Assembly: GCA_038087875.1 (NCBI GenBank)
Contig: CM075996.1
Coordinates: 7,876,001-7,940,000, forward strand
Origin: Malacoraja senta
Taxonomy: Eukaryota
Direction: 5' to 3'
Length of the DNA: 64,000 nucleotides
Positions within the stretch are counted from its first letter, which is position 1. Each line of letters begins with the position of its first letter. The position numbers and the translations under genes were made by a program. The notes below the pieces were generated by a model. It saw only the letters and a list, made by a program, of their open reading frames with translations. It was not told where the DNA came from and searched no databases. This document shows positions 49,244-62,099 of this stretch, piece after piece.

Positions 49244-50015
49244 TGAGACTGGAAATCCAACATTCTGTAAACGAAATTGCAGAACAAAACGACCTCAGAA
49301 TAAGTGAAACTTACCTGAAGGGCCTTTTTAAACTTACCGCTGGAGGAGCAGCGCGCCTCCCAGCCGGTTGCTGCGCCATGCGATAGACGATATGACACGC
49401 ATGCGGGCTGGTGGGCTCTTCATGTAGTCACTCACGTGACTTCGAAGTAAAATAGCCTGATGGCTGTAGGGAACTCTGTAATTAGTTTTATTGCCTTAGA
49501 AGTTGTTCATTAAATGAATAGTGCAGGTTTGCACAATGAAAATTTGAAAAAAAACAAAGGTTAGTTGTACCAAAATTGACCCCATATCTGGTTAAACAGG
49601 ATGCAATGTGTCTCATTGTGAAACTGCAAACAGATCATTTGAAGACACCAGTATTTACATAGTTCATTGCTGAAGTGGGCGGCTCGTTGGTAAATAAACC
49701 TTTGAAGGCTTGTTTCTGTTTGTCCTTTGCAAGGTAACTGATGCAATGCCCTAACTGAGTGAGTTCGCTGTACACACACATATAGACAATGCTTCCAGAG
49801 GCAACCACACACCTGGGAACCCTTTGCCAGTTTGGTTTTGGGGAGGTAGAGGTGAGACAGCAACAGACTTGAACTATTACTCAGCTCTTCTCAACTTCTG
49901 CTTTCAGTAGTCATGGGACAACAGCGAGCTGTGGGACAAAAGGCAGTGTTGGGCATGTGTACAAGGAACGAACCCTCTTCCCAACGCTGTGTCAGCAGCA
50001 TGCCCTCAACTAATG

Positions 50016-50231
50016 TGTAGGAAGGAACTGCAGATGCTAGTTTAAACCGAAGATGTACACAAAAAGCTAGAGTAACTCAGCGAGACAGGCAGCACCTCTG
50101 GAGGGAAGGAATGGGTGACGTTTCTGGTCGAGACCCTTCTTCTGAAGAGAAGGTCTCGACCCGGAACGTCACCCATTCCTACTCTCCAGAGATGCTGCCT
50201 GTTCAGCTGAGTTACTCCAGTTTTTTGTGTC
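50016..50231. mobile_element. Penelope-pLTR-derived foldback repeat; representative of dozens of copies in the window
   Basis: GGAACTGCAGATGC...GAGACCCTTCTT/GAAGG...GACCC...CAGAGATGCTGCC inverted arms with an exact 15-bp TSD TGCCCTCAACTAATG. Confidence 0.75.
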
Positions 50232-51089
50232 TGCCCTCAACTAATGGCAGTTCTCCAAAACTGGACACAAAAAAAAGAAGGAAAAGAGGAACTCAGTAGC
50301 ATGAAGAATGATTCAGCCTGGTGGCGTTCGGAGTTGTACCAGAAGGTTCGAGAGATTCAACTTCAGCTAAAGACACTGGGCTCTCCTCCAGCTTAGGTCA
50401 CTCATTATTAACCCGTTAACGACCCGCAGGGAGAGCAATTTAAGCTAACCAAGCACAGACAATAATGCAGCATATATACGAAATACGGCTCCATTTATAG
50501 GACACCTATGGATCTTGACAAAGTACATTGCAAATTAAAGCAAAGAAACATGGAAAAGTGGAGGTGGACACAAAATGCAGGAGTCACTCAGCGGGACAGG
50601 CAGCATCTCTGGAGAGAAGGAATGGGTGATGTTTCGGGTGGAGACCCTTCTTCAGACAGTCTGAAGAAGGGTCTTGACCTGAAACGTCACCCGTTCCTTC
50701 TCTCCAGAGATGCTGCCTGTCCCGCTGAGTTACTCCCGCATTTTGTGTCTATCTGCAGTTCCTTCATACACATAGAAAAGAGGAGCAGGAGTTGGCTTTT
50801 CGCCACGGATCTTGTACCTCAACACCAAATTCCTACCTATCTCCATATCTCTTGATGCCTTTGATAGAGTCGTACTGTGTCATAACAGGCCCTTCGGCCC
50901 AAATGCTCATGCTGACCGAGATGCCCCATCTACACTAGTCCCACCTGCCAGAGTTTGGCCCATATCCTTCTGAATGATCCATCTAGGCGATTCATCTCCA
51001 GATTAATTGCCTACCCTCCACAGCCTTCCGGGGTAAAGAATTCCAACGATTCACTGCGGTCATGAGAAACATGAGGAGTCTTTTTCTCA

Positions 51090-51482
51090 AGGATGAGAGG
51101 GGATCTTATTGAAACATATAAGATTATTAAGGGTTTGGACACGCTAGAGGCAGGAAACATGTTCCCGATGTTGGGGGAGTCCAGAACCAGGGGCCACAGT
51201 TTAAGAATAAGGGGTAAGCCATTTCGAACGGAGACGAGGAAACACTTTTTCTCACAGAGAGTAGTGAGTCTGTGGAATTCTCTGCCTCAGAGGGCGGTGG
51301 AGGCGGGTTCTCTGGATACATTCAAGAGAGAGCTGGAGAGGGCTCTTAAATATAGCGGAGTCAGGGGATATGGGGAGAAGGCAGGAACGGGGTACTGATT
51401 GGGGATGATCAGCCATGATCACATTGAATGGCGGTGCTGGCTCAAAGGGCCGAATGGCCTACTCCTGCACCTTTGTCTATTG
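51090..51482 (+). mobile_element. CR1 LINE 3' end
   Basis: MRGDLIETYKI...FFSQRVVSLWNSLP plus 3' UTR. Confidence 0.9.
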
Positions 51483-52172
51483 CCTGTGTGAAGAAATTTC
51501 TCCTTATTTCAGTTCCAAATGACAGAGGGATGGGGGAATGAAGGAATGAAGCCCGCGGCTCCCTGGTGGGAGACCGCTTTTCGGGGCTTCCGCAGCGGCG
51601 ACTTCTCCCGCCCAAGTTGCGGGGTTGAAGAGCACCTGGAGCGGGGCTTTACATCGTCGCCCCGCGCGGCTTGGAGTGGCCGCGGTCCTTTGCGAGCGCG
51701 CGCCGGGGCTCTAACACCAAGACCCGGTGCGCGACCTTGCATTAACTGCCGTGGCTTTAATGGCCGTGGGATAATCACCATCGCCCGCCGGGGGCTTTGA
51801 CTTTGACTCTGACATCCGGGGGGGGGGAGTGCAGTGGAGAGATACGTTTTTTTGCCTTCCATCACAGCGCTGTGATGGATGTATGTGTAAATTGTTGTTG
51901 TGTCTCGGGTCTTCTTCGTTTTTGTAATGTATGGCTGCAGAAACGATATTTCGTTTGGACCTCAACGGGGTCCAAATGACAAATTTGTCCAAATGACAAA
52001 TAAATAATAATTGAATTGAATTAATTGAATGTTGTAACGTAGTGAAAAATAGAGGCTGATTTTGCACTCAGTGCAGTCTCAGAAATAGCATTGGGATAAT
52101 GACCAGACAATCTATTTTTAGTGATATTGCAAAAGAACATACTGGAAGCATTCGGCGGGTTAGGCACATCTA

Positions 52173-52470
52173 GGGCGGCACGGTGGCGCAGCGGTAGAGT
52201 TGCTGCCTCACAGCGCAAGAGACCCGGGTACAATCCTGATTATGGGTGCTGTCTGTACGGAGTTTGCACGTCCTCGCTGCGACCTGCGTGGGTTTTCTCC
52301 GTGTGCTCCAGTTTCCACCCACACTCCAAAGACGTACAGATTTGTAGGTTAATTGGGTAAAATTGTAAATTGGCCCCAGTGTGTAGGATAATGTTAGCGT
52401 GTGGGGATCGCTGGTCGGTGGGGACTTGGTGGAACAAAGGGTTTGTTTTCGTGCTGTATCTCTAAAACTA
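52173..52470 (+). mobile_element. tRNA-derived V-SINE (HE1-like); representative of more than 12 copies (e.g. 1823-2130 -, 12340-12655 +, 15727-16025 -, 20846-21145 +, 23280-23562 -, 39382-39700 -, 42985-43250 -)
   Basis: tRNA-like head with A box (GGTGGCGCAGCGGTAGAG) and B box (GGTTCGATCC in intact copies), central TGCGTGGGTTTTCTCC...CCCACACTCCAAAGAC core, CR1-like tail and (TAAAC)n end. Confidence 0.85.
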
Positions 52471-55400
52471 AAATTTAAAAAAAAAATCTGTTGTACACAA
52501 ATGAAAATAAGAGAAGGAGTAGGCCATCAGGCCTCACAAGCCTGCCTCCCATTCAATATGGGCTAGAGTGAAATGGAGAGGTTATGACTTTTTCCCACAG
52601 AGCTTAGGAGGCTATGGGGTGAGCTTTTTGACGTATACAAGATCATGAGAAACATGAGGAGTCTTTTTCCCAACATTTGGACAGATAGGATTTAGAATGC
52701 TGGCAAATGAGACTAGCCTAGTATATCAACCTGGTCAGCATTGGCAAGATGGGCCAAAGGGCCTGTTTCCATGCCGTATAGGTCTATGACATTCTGTGAT
52801 CATGGCCACTCTCTGCATGCCTTAACTCTTCCTCTGTACGAGTTCCCTACAGACCTCAAATCCTCTATTAATCAAATATTTATCCTCTGAGCTGCTGCCT
52901 TATGGCTCCAGAGACCCAGGTTAATCCTGGCTCCACCGCTATCTGTGTGGAGTCTGCACGCTCCCCCTGTGGCCAAATGGGTTTTCCCATGGATGTTTCC
53001 TTCCACATCCCCAAAACGTGTGAGTGGTAGGTTTATTTGACCACTGTAAATTGTGAGTAAGTGAATCTAAAGGAGTTGATGAGAATGTACGAAGAATAAA
53101 AAGGGTCGGGGTAGGAATGGTGTAAAAAACTGGTGCAGGCTCACAGGCCAGAGGACCTGCTTCTGAGCTGGGTCTGCCTATGTGTTTAATGACCTAACAC
53201 ATGTGGTGGAGGTCAGCAAAAGGAACAGGTCATATCTATAGCAAACACGCTCTCGTAACCAACCTCTCCAACACTCTTACACATACTCACATTTCACTGA
53301 AGCTTGCGTCAATCACGGTATGGACATTGTAAACATCTAGTCCACATGGTCCTTGATCTACATTCCCTTTGTACTGTTTTCACACCTTGCACTTCCTCAT
53401 CTATACGCTTCCTTATCTACTGTAACACACTCACCAACATTCCTTCCTATTTCTTCGTGGAGACGGACGCTCACAATTCCATGCCCCAAGGGCTCAGTTG
53501 TTTGGGGGGGGGGGGTGAGCACTTGCGATGTTGGGAATGAGTGAATAGTGATATTGTGGGTGACTTGAAATTAGCTTGTGTTTACATTTCGCCAGTTCTG
53601 ATGAAGGGTCTCATATGCTGGGTCAAGGATATGGATATTTATGAGGTCTCTTCCTCCCATTAGCTGTGTACCTATCCATCAGTACTCGTGACCAGTTGTG
53701 ACAGGAGCAGAGGCCTTTGACCTGATTTGTTTATCCTAAGAAAGCTGGGCTCTGTCTACGGATGCCGTTTGAACTGTTTAACATATGGACATACCTAGAT
53801 GGCAACTTCACCAGGTTGTGTACATGCTTTCTTCACTGAACTATAGTCGATCTTCTGTCCTTGATAAAAATGTTGGAGAAAGAAAAAAAATGCTGGAGTA
53901 ACTCAGCGGGACAGGCAGCATCTCCGGAGAGAAGGAATGGGTGACGTTACGGGTCGAGACCCTTCTTCAGGGGATCATGACAGAATCCTCCTCGTGGCGA
54001 TCCCCGGAAACGACGGCACGATGCACTCTGTGACGCGTCGGGCGACCAATTCTGTCAACGACAGAAGCCAACAGCGAGCAATGCGTCATCTGACACACGA
54101 GCGAACGAACGATCCCTTCTTCAGACTGATGTCAGGAGAGTTCACGGTACATACAGTAGATAAGGAAGTGCATAGATAAGGAAGTGCAAGGTGTGAAAAC
54201 AGGACTACGGGAATGGAGATCAATCAATATGTAGAATAGATAGTTGGTGGTTGGGAGAAGGTAACAACAAAGCAAACAGATATAAAATGTAGTCGGAGAC
54301 AGTAAGACGAGTCGGTGAACTGGGAAGGGGGAGGGGATGGAGAGAGAGGGAAAGGGAGAAGATTATATTGGGCCATGACATTACAGTTTGTGGTGACAAA
54401 TACTTTCGTTACTGTTGACGCTCTACAGTGCCTCACCTTTGAGCTGCCAGATCCGTTCAGAGACTATCTCATTCAACAAGATGGATTTTAGTTTCTTTTT
54501 AGTTTACTTTAGAGATGCAGCGTGGAAACAGGCCCTTCGGCCCGCCGAGTTAGCACCGACCAGCGGATCTCCTGCACAGTAACACTATCCTACACACACT
54601 CGGGACAATTTACATTTATACCAAGCCAATTAGCCTACAAACCTTGTGTAAGAACGAACTGCAGATGCTGGTTTAAATCGAAGATAGACACAAAATGCTG
54701 GAGTAACTCAGCGGGACAGGCTGCATCTCTGAAGAGAAGGAATGGGTGACGTTTTGGGTCGAGACCCTTCGTCAGATCTACAAACCTGGTCGTCTTTGGA
54801 GTGTGGGATGAAACCGAAGTTCTTGGAGACAACCCACGCAGGTCACGGGGAGAACGTACAAACTGCATACAGACAAGCAACTGTAATCAGGATGGAACCC
54901 AGGTCTCTGGCGCTGGGAGGCAGTAGCTCTACTGCTGTGCCATCGTGCCACAACTGTATTGCCATAGAATATGTTTGAAGATGGATTCAGTGTGAAGTGG
55001 TCACTTTTATTAATTCACTTAGATGTTGTGAGGGACAAACAACCGTCCCCTATTGCTCCCGGTTCATTCAACAAGTCATTTTCATGCTATCCTGCTCATC
55101 TACATGATCAAAGGTTTCAAAGGTTTCAAAGGGAGGAGGGTTTCGGCCCGAAACGTTGCCTATTTCCTTCGCTCCATAGATGCTGCCACACCCGCTGAGT
55201 TTCTCCAGCACTTTTGTCCACCTTCAAAGGTTTCAAAGGTCTTTTATTGTCACGTGTACCAATTAAGGTACAGTGATATGCAAATTACCATACAGCCATA
55301 TGAGAAAAAAAAGCAACAAGACACACGACTACATAAAAGTTAACATAAACATCCACCACAGTGGATTTCCCACATTCCCCACTGTGATGGAAGGCAAAAA

Positions 55401-57171
55401 AGTCCAATCTTCTTCCTCATTATTCCCCCGCTGTTGGGGCAGTTGAACCATTCATCGGGGCGATCAAAGCTTCGATGTCAGGGCGGTAGAAGCTACCGCG
55501 CCAGGCGGTCGAAGCTCCTGCGGCTTGGAGTTCCTGAAGTCGGTCTCTGACCGGAGACTGTGACCTCCGTGAAGTTAAATCCGCAAGCATCCCCGGTTGG
55601 AGCTCCGAGGTCGATCCCTGGCAAATAGCCATCAAAAACTATGATGGTTAGGGCAGAAACTAGGGCTGTGCAGTGGTCACTTTTACCAATTCTACAGTGA
55701 ACAGATTCATCAGCCTCAGGGAGATTGGTGGAGATTGTCAAAGATAGACACAAAGTGCTGGGGGCCTCAGCGGGTCAGGCAGCATCTCTGGAGAGAAAGG
55801 ATAGGCGACGTTTCGGGTTGGGATCTTTCTTCAGACTCTTTAATTAGATCTGAAGAAGGAATCTCGACCCAAAATGTCACCTATCCTCTTTCTCCAGAAA
55901 TGCTACTTGATCCGCTGAGTTACTCCAGCAGTTTGTGTCCATCTTTGGTATAAACCAGCATCTTCTGCAGTTCTTCGTTTCTACAAGTTGAAGTCAAGTT
56001 TAGTTTAGTTTAGTTTAGAGATACAGCGCAGAAACAGTGTAAATTGTCCCTAGTGTGTGTAGGATAGTGTGAGTGTGCAGGGATCGATGGTTGGTGTGGA
56101 CTCGGTGGGCCGAAGGGCCTGTTTCCACGCTGTATCTCTAAACTTAACTAAACTAAATAAGAAACTCACTCACGTTCACAGTCACAGAAACATTCACCCG
56201 CACAAGACTAAACAGAAGGGCACACTCACTGATAGAAAAATACTCTCAGGGAGAAACATGCAGATACTGTACATGCATGCACAGTGAAAAATGGACATAG
56301 ACACATACAGAAAGGGAGAAATATACATGCGCCCACACAGATTCACTCTTATTCTTTGGTAGACACAAAATGCTGGAGTATCTCAGCATCTCCGGGGAGA
56401 AGGAATGGGTGACGTTTCGGGTCGAGACCCTTCTTCAAGTCAAGTCAAGTCAAGAGAGTTTATTGTCATGTGTCCCAGATAGGACAATTAAATTCTTGCT
56501 TGCTGCAGCACAACAGAATATAGTAAGCATAAATACAGAACAGTTCAGTGTGTCTATATAGCATAGAGCATAGATCATGTCAGGGGAGTGGGCGTTACAC
56601 AGATAAAGGTCCAGAGATGCTGCCTGTCCCGCTTATAGTCACACTTATAGTCATACTGCGTGAAAACAGGCCCTTTGGCCCGACTTGCCCACACCAGCAA
56701 ACGTGACCCAGCCACACTAGTCCCACCTAGTAGACACAAAATGCTGGAGTAACTTAGCTGGACAGGCAGCATCTCTGGAGAGAAGGAATGGGTGACGTTT
56801 TGGGTCGAGACCCTTCTTCAGACTTCCTTCGATTTAAACCAGCATCTGCAGTTCTTTCCTACACATCTAGTCCCACCTGCCTGCATTCGTCCCATATCTC
56901 TCTAAACCTGTCCTGTCGGCCTCAACCCGAAACGTCACCCATCCCTTCTCTCCAGAGATGCTGCCTGTCCCGCTGAGTTACTCCAGCATTTTGTGTCTAC
57001 CTTCGATTTAAACCAGCATCTGCAGTTCTTTCCTACACACTTATCCTTTCACAGATACTCTCACAAACATGTTTACACACACGTATGCAAGCACACTCTC
57101 GCACACAGAGTGCTGTGATTACTTCACAGATCAAATCCCTCTATTTCGCAAAGATTACTTGGCAATTTTTT

Positions 57172-57320
57172 TGCCATGTCACTCTTTGCTGAGCAATGGT
57201 TCAGCTCCTGCTCTGCTGAGTCAATGGTAGCTGATCAAACTTTGCTGAATCACGACAGGCCAAAGTCCTGTCAACAGGAAACTGCTGACTAACCTTTCGA
57301 CTGACTTTGTGCTGAGTCAC
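57172..57320. promoter_or_regulatory. Cluster of MARE/ARE (CNC-sMaf: Nrf2/Bach1) elements, candidate stress-response enhancer
   Basis: TGCCATGTCAC 57172, TGCTGAGCAA 57187, TGCTGAGTCA 57214, TGCTGAATCAC 57243, TGCTGACTAA 57283, TGCTGAGTCAC 57310. All share one orientation and lie in non-repeat DNA. Confidence 0.7.
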
Positions 57321-57965
57321 TGTTTCGGCTCTAAATTGTACTGCAGTTCCAGTCACAAGCTGTTTTGGCAAGCGACCAATGGCAACAGAGATTGGATTGC
57401 TTCACCACCAGTAACTTTCCACAACTTTTCACTTCAACTTTCACAATATTATATCATGCTCTTAACTGAGGAAAATGCTCTCAAATATCTCACAGGGCCA
57501 AAAATAACTTTATATAACAAAATAAAATGTTGGGTTAAAAAATTAGTTCTTAAAGAAGGAAAGATGGATAAAGAGCATTAGGTGTTTAGGGACACAATTT
57601 CAAAGCTGAGGACCCAGACAGCAGGAAGAACAATCATAAACAGTACAACAATCAAATCAAGGATCGTCAAGGCGCCCTCTTCCCGCGGGGAACGAGGGCT
57701 GCAGAGGGACATACGTGGAGCGGAACGATAGTCCGTGGTACGACCGGAATGGAGGAGGAGACGGCTGTAACGGGCCTTTGTCGCCAGCTGCAGCTGGGAC
57801 TGTAAAATGGCGCTTCTTGCATTTGGACTTGGTGGGCTGTTCTGCACAAACTGGGGCGATTGTGCTTATGTGCGGGGATAGTTTAGTGGATTTGTAAGCA
57901 AAAATTGTATTTCACTGTAGCTGGTACACAATCGCCCCACAACCGAATGGTCCACCAACTCCATA

Positions 57966-59925
57966 TTAATAATAATAATAATAGATTTTATTTATATAGC
58001 GCTTTTCAGGACTCAAAGTCGCTTTACAATTGAGAGTCAGGAATAAACAAAACAAAATAGAGCAGTAAGACAGAGGGGGGGGGGGGAACATGGGACTAAG
58101 GGTATGCAGAGGTGAAGAGATGGGTCTTGAGGCGGGACTGGAAGATGGTGAGGGACTCAGAATTTCGGACCGGTTGTGGGAGGGAATTCCAGAGCCTGGG
58201 AGCTGCCCTGGAGAAGGCTCTGCCTCCAAAAGTGCAGAGGTTTGATTTCGGAGTGGAGAGGAGACCGGCTGATGTGGATCTGAGGGACCGTGAGGGTTGG
58301 TAGGGGGAGAGGAGGTCAATGAGATAAGGGGGGGCCAGGTTGTTGAGGGCTTTGTAGGTGAGGACCAGGATTTTGTAGGTGATCCGGTGGGAAATGGGAA
58401 GCCAGTGAAGTTCTTTGAGAACTGGGGTGATGTGGTGCCAGGATTTGGTGTGGGTAATGAGTCGAGCGGCTGCATTTTGGACCAGTTGGAGTCGTTTGAT
58501 GCTGCTGGAATTGATTCCGAAAAGAAGAGAGTTACAGTAGTCCAGTCGGGAGGAGATGAAGGCATGGATGAGTCTTTCAGCAGCGGGGGGGTGTGAGAGA
58601 CGATCTGATTTTTGCAATGTTGCGGAGGTGAAAAAATGATGTTTTGACAACATGGCGGATGTGAGGCTCAAGGGAGAGGGTTGAGTCAAGGATCACGCCA
58701 AGGTTGCGTGCCTGAGGAGATGGGGAGACAGTGGTGCCGTCGATAGTGAGAGTGGGGTTGTTAATTTTAGTGAGTGTTGATTTGGAGCCAATGAGGAGAA
58801 ATTCTGTTTTGCTACTGTTTAATTTAAGGAAGTTGAGTTGCATCCAAGATTTGATGGCTGATAGGCAGGAGTTGATATGGGAGAGAGGGGGGTGGTGGGG
58901 GGACTTGGTGCTGAGATAGATCTGGGTGTCATCAGCATAGCAGTGGAAGTCCAGGTTGAAGTGACGGAGTATATGACCAAGGGGGAGGATGTAGATGATG
59001 AAGAGGAGGGGACCAAGAACGGAGCCTTGGGGAACGCCTTGAGTGACAGTGGCTGTGGCAGAGGTGTGGTTATGGAGAGAGATGAAGTGGGATCGGTTGG
59101 AAAGGTAAGAACGGAACCAGCTGAGTGCAGAACCTTCAATGCCAAGGTCCCTAAGTCTGTTGAGCAGGATGTTGTGGTTGACGGTATCGAAGGCTGCACT
59201 CAGGTCGAGGAGGATGAGGATATTGAGGGAGCCAGAGTCAGCAGAGGTAAGGAGGTCATTGAGGACTTTGAGGAGAGCAGTTTCTGTGCTATGGAGGGGG
59301 CAAAATCCAGATTGGAGGGGTTCGAATAGGTTATACGCGAGGAGGTGGGAATGAAGTTGTGACGCGACGATGCGCTCCAGGGTTTTTGAAAGAAAGGGGA
59401 GGTTTGAGATGGGGCGGTAGTTAATGAGAGAGGAGGGATCAAGACCAGGTTTCTTTAAGATTGGCGTGACAGCAGCAGTTTTGAAAGCAGAGGGGACAAT
59501 TCCTTGGGACAATGAGGAGTTGAAAAGATTAGTGAGGTAGGGGCAGAGAGCAGGGAGGCAGGACTTCAGCAGGGGAGTGGGGAGAGGGTCAAGGGAGCAG
59601 GTAGTGGGTTTGGAAGAGCTGATGAGTTTGGAGATTTCAGTAGGGGTGACCAGGTCAAACTGGGAGAGGAAACAGTGAGGGGGAGGGGTATGGAGATCAG
59701 CGGAGATGTTGAAAGGAGGGGCCTTGGTAGGTGGTGGAGTAGATGCTGGGGAGTCGGGTACAGGGGATAGGGATTGATAGATGGTGCTAATTTTATCAGC
59801 AAAAAAGTGGAGGAATGAGTTGCAGAGATCCGGAGTGGAGGTAGGGAGAGTGATGGCTCGAGGCTTGAGGAGGTTGCAGACTGTGGAGAAGAGGGTTCTG
59901 TGGTTTAGGCAGGGGTCAGTGAGTA
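57966..59925 (-). mobile_element. L2-clade LINE, 5'-truncated
   Basis: NYRPISNLPFLSK, LDLSAAFDTV, GVPQGSVLGP, YADDTQ, SRLDYCNSL. Frameshift near 58590 and a (TAT)n 3' tail. Confidence 0.93.
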
Positions 59926-60362
59926 TGGCGCCATTTTGGCACTATTTTACAGTCCCAGCTGGAGCTTTTCCACAAAGGCCTGTTGCAGCCTTCTCCTCCT
60001 CCATTCCGGTCATCCCGCAAACTATCGTCCGCTCCACGTCTGGCGCTCTTCAGCCTTCGCTCCTCAGGGCAAGAGGGGGGAGGGCCTTGACGAACCTTGC
60101 AGTACTGTTAATGATTGTTCTTTCTGCTACCTACAGTAGAATGGAGGAAGAGACGGCTGCAACGGGCCTTTGTGGCCAGCTGCAACTGCGACTGTAAAAT
60201 GGTGCCAAAATGGCGCCTCTCGCATACGGACTCAGTGGGCTATCCTGAAGTGACCGGAGCGATTGTACTCGCGCACGGGGATAGTATTGCGTATCCGTTT
60301 GCAAAAAATATATTTCACTGTACCTGGTACACGTGACAATAAAGAAACCATTGACCATTGAA
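59926..60362. mobile_element. Short retroelement with an inverted 5' part (foldback); paralog at 57600-57930
   Basis: 59926-60130 is reverse-complementary to 57620-57812, and its first part is also reverse-complementary to 60137-60217. The 3' tail is GTACACGTGACAATAAA. Confidence 0.6.
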
Positions 60363-60439
60363 GAGGCCAAACACAGAGAAGCACAGGGAATAAGAATAAG
60401 GGGAAAACCATTTAGAACGGAGACAAGTCTTTTTCCCAA

Positions 60440-60839
60440 GGATGAGAGGGGATCTTATTGAAATATATAAGATTATCAAGGGTTTGGACACGCTAGAGGC
60501 AGGAAACATGTTCCCAATGTCGGGGGAGTCCAGAACCAGGGGCCACAGTTTAAGAATAAGGGGTAAGCCATTTAGAACGGAGATGAGGAAACACATTTTC
60601 TCACAGAGAGTTGTGAGTCTGTGGAAATCTCTGCCTCAGAGGGCGGTGGAGGCCAGTTCTCTGGATACTTTCAAGAGAGAGCTAGATAGGGCTCTTAAAG
60701 ATGGCGGAGTCAGGGGATATGGGGAGAAGGCAGGAACGGGGTACTGATTGGGGATGATCAGCCATGATCACATTGAATGGCGGTGCTGGCTCGAAGGGCC
60801 GAATGGCCTCCTCCTGCACCTATTGTCTATTGTCTATTG
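60440..60839 (+). mobile_element. CR1 LINE 3' end
   Basis: MRGDLIEIYKI...; near-identical to the copies at 51090 and 62100. Confidence 0.9.
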
Positions 60840-62099
60840 GAACTGGAATTGTGGGATACTACAGAGGCAGTGCGGCACGAGAGCCTGGAGAGATATGAAC
60901 AACATTAGGACTTTAAAGTGTGTAAATTCAATTAGTAATGAACACATTCAATAATCCATTTCTTCCCAACAATTCTGCACTGGAGGAGCAGTACATTAAT
61001 TGGGACCATGACTCAAAGGTAAAGATTTCCCTTGTTCTAGTTCAGGAGGTTTGTTCTTGGCTTCCTGCCTCTGCTTATCTGCCTGGTTGTCGTTCAGCAA
61101 GCTTTGACCTGCTCATTGCTCACACACCCATAACAAAGGCAAACAATCAATTAGACCTTTGCCCAGTTGTATGTTCCAGCAGATAGATGTCTCTACCAGA
61201 TAACTGCAGCTGCAGTGTCGGACTGACTTTCCCTACTTCCGTCTCCTGCAGTGTTAATCCAGGGAGGTAGTAGTGCCACAGTGAGATAGATCGGTTCAAC
61301 CAACCCCCCCCCCCCGCCCCCCGCCCCCCAGCGCTGGTGAGGCACTGCCACCGGCCCACCGCCTGGAGTGACCGTAGAAACGTGGAATTGTTACACTTAC
61401 AGCACAATTGTTATAGTGACATGGGTTTAGAGACATGTGGGCCAAACGCAGGCAGGTGGGACCAGTGTAAACAGGGCATGTTGGTCGATCAAGGACATGT
61501 TGAACTGAAGGACCTGCTTTCATGCTGTATGACTCTGTGACCCAGAGATCGTCATGGTGTGGAGGAAGGAACTGCAGATGCTGGTTTAAACCGAAGATAG
61601 ACACAAAAATGCTGGAGTAACTCAGAGGGACAGGCAGCATCTCTGGAGAGAAGGAATGGGTGACGTTACGGGTGATGAAGGTTCTCGACCCGTAACGTCA
61701 CACATTCCTTCTCTCCAGAGATGCTGCCTGTCCCGCTGAGTTACTCCACCTTTTTGTGTCTATCTTAGAATCAACAGAAGGCTGCCTTGGGTCAGCAGAA
61801 CCCTCAGTCTGCCCCTCCACAGCAGCTCCCTCTGAACCAGTCAGTACTGCGACTGGATTTTTCCTTAGCCCTTATGGCCACCAGAGAGCCTGCTGTCTCC
61901 AAACTCCCCACAACCTCCCGGGGGAGCTGGGAACGGTCTTCCCCATGTTCCCCGTCATCCCCTGCATTCAGCCAGCCTGGTCTGACAATGTGTTCTCCAC
62001 ATCAGTATCCCATCCACACCCGCCTGGTTATGACATCATCCCAATGGTCGGGTTAAATCCCCCATCAACAACGTTTTTCACTGTATCTTGGTCCCCATA

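Larger units (their letters stand above)
44607..49455 (-). mobile_element. Full-length DIRS1-type tyrosine-recombinase retrotransposon (frameshifted)
   Basis: ORF order is gag-like, RT, RNase H/methyltransferase-like, YR. Inverted terminal repeats at 44675-44708 and 49393-49426. An internal complementary region at 44824-44920 matches both termini. Confidence 0.93.
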
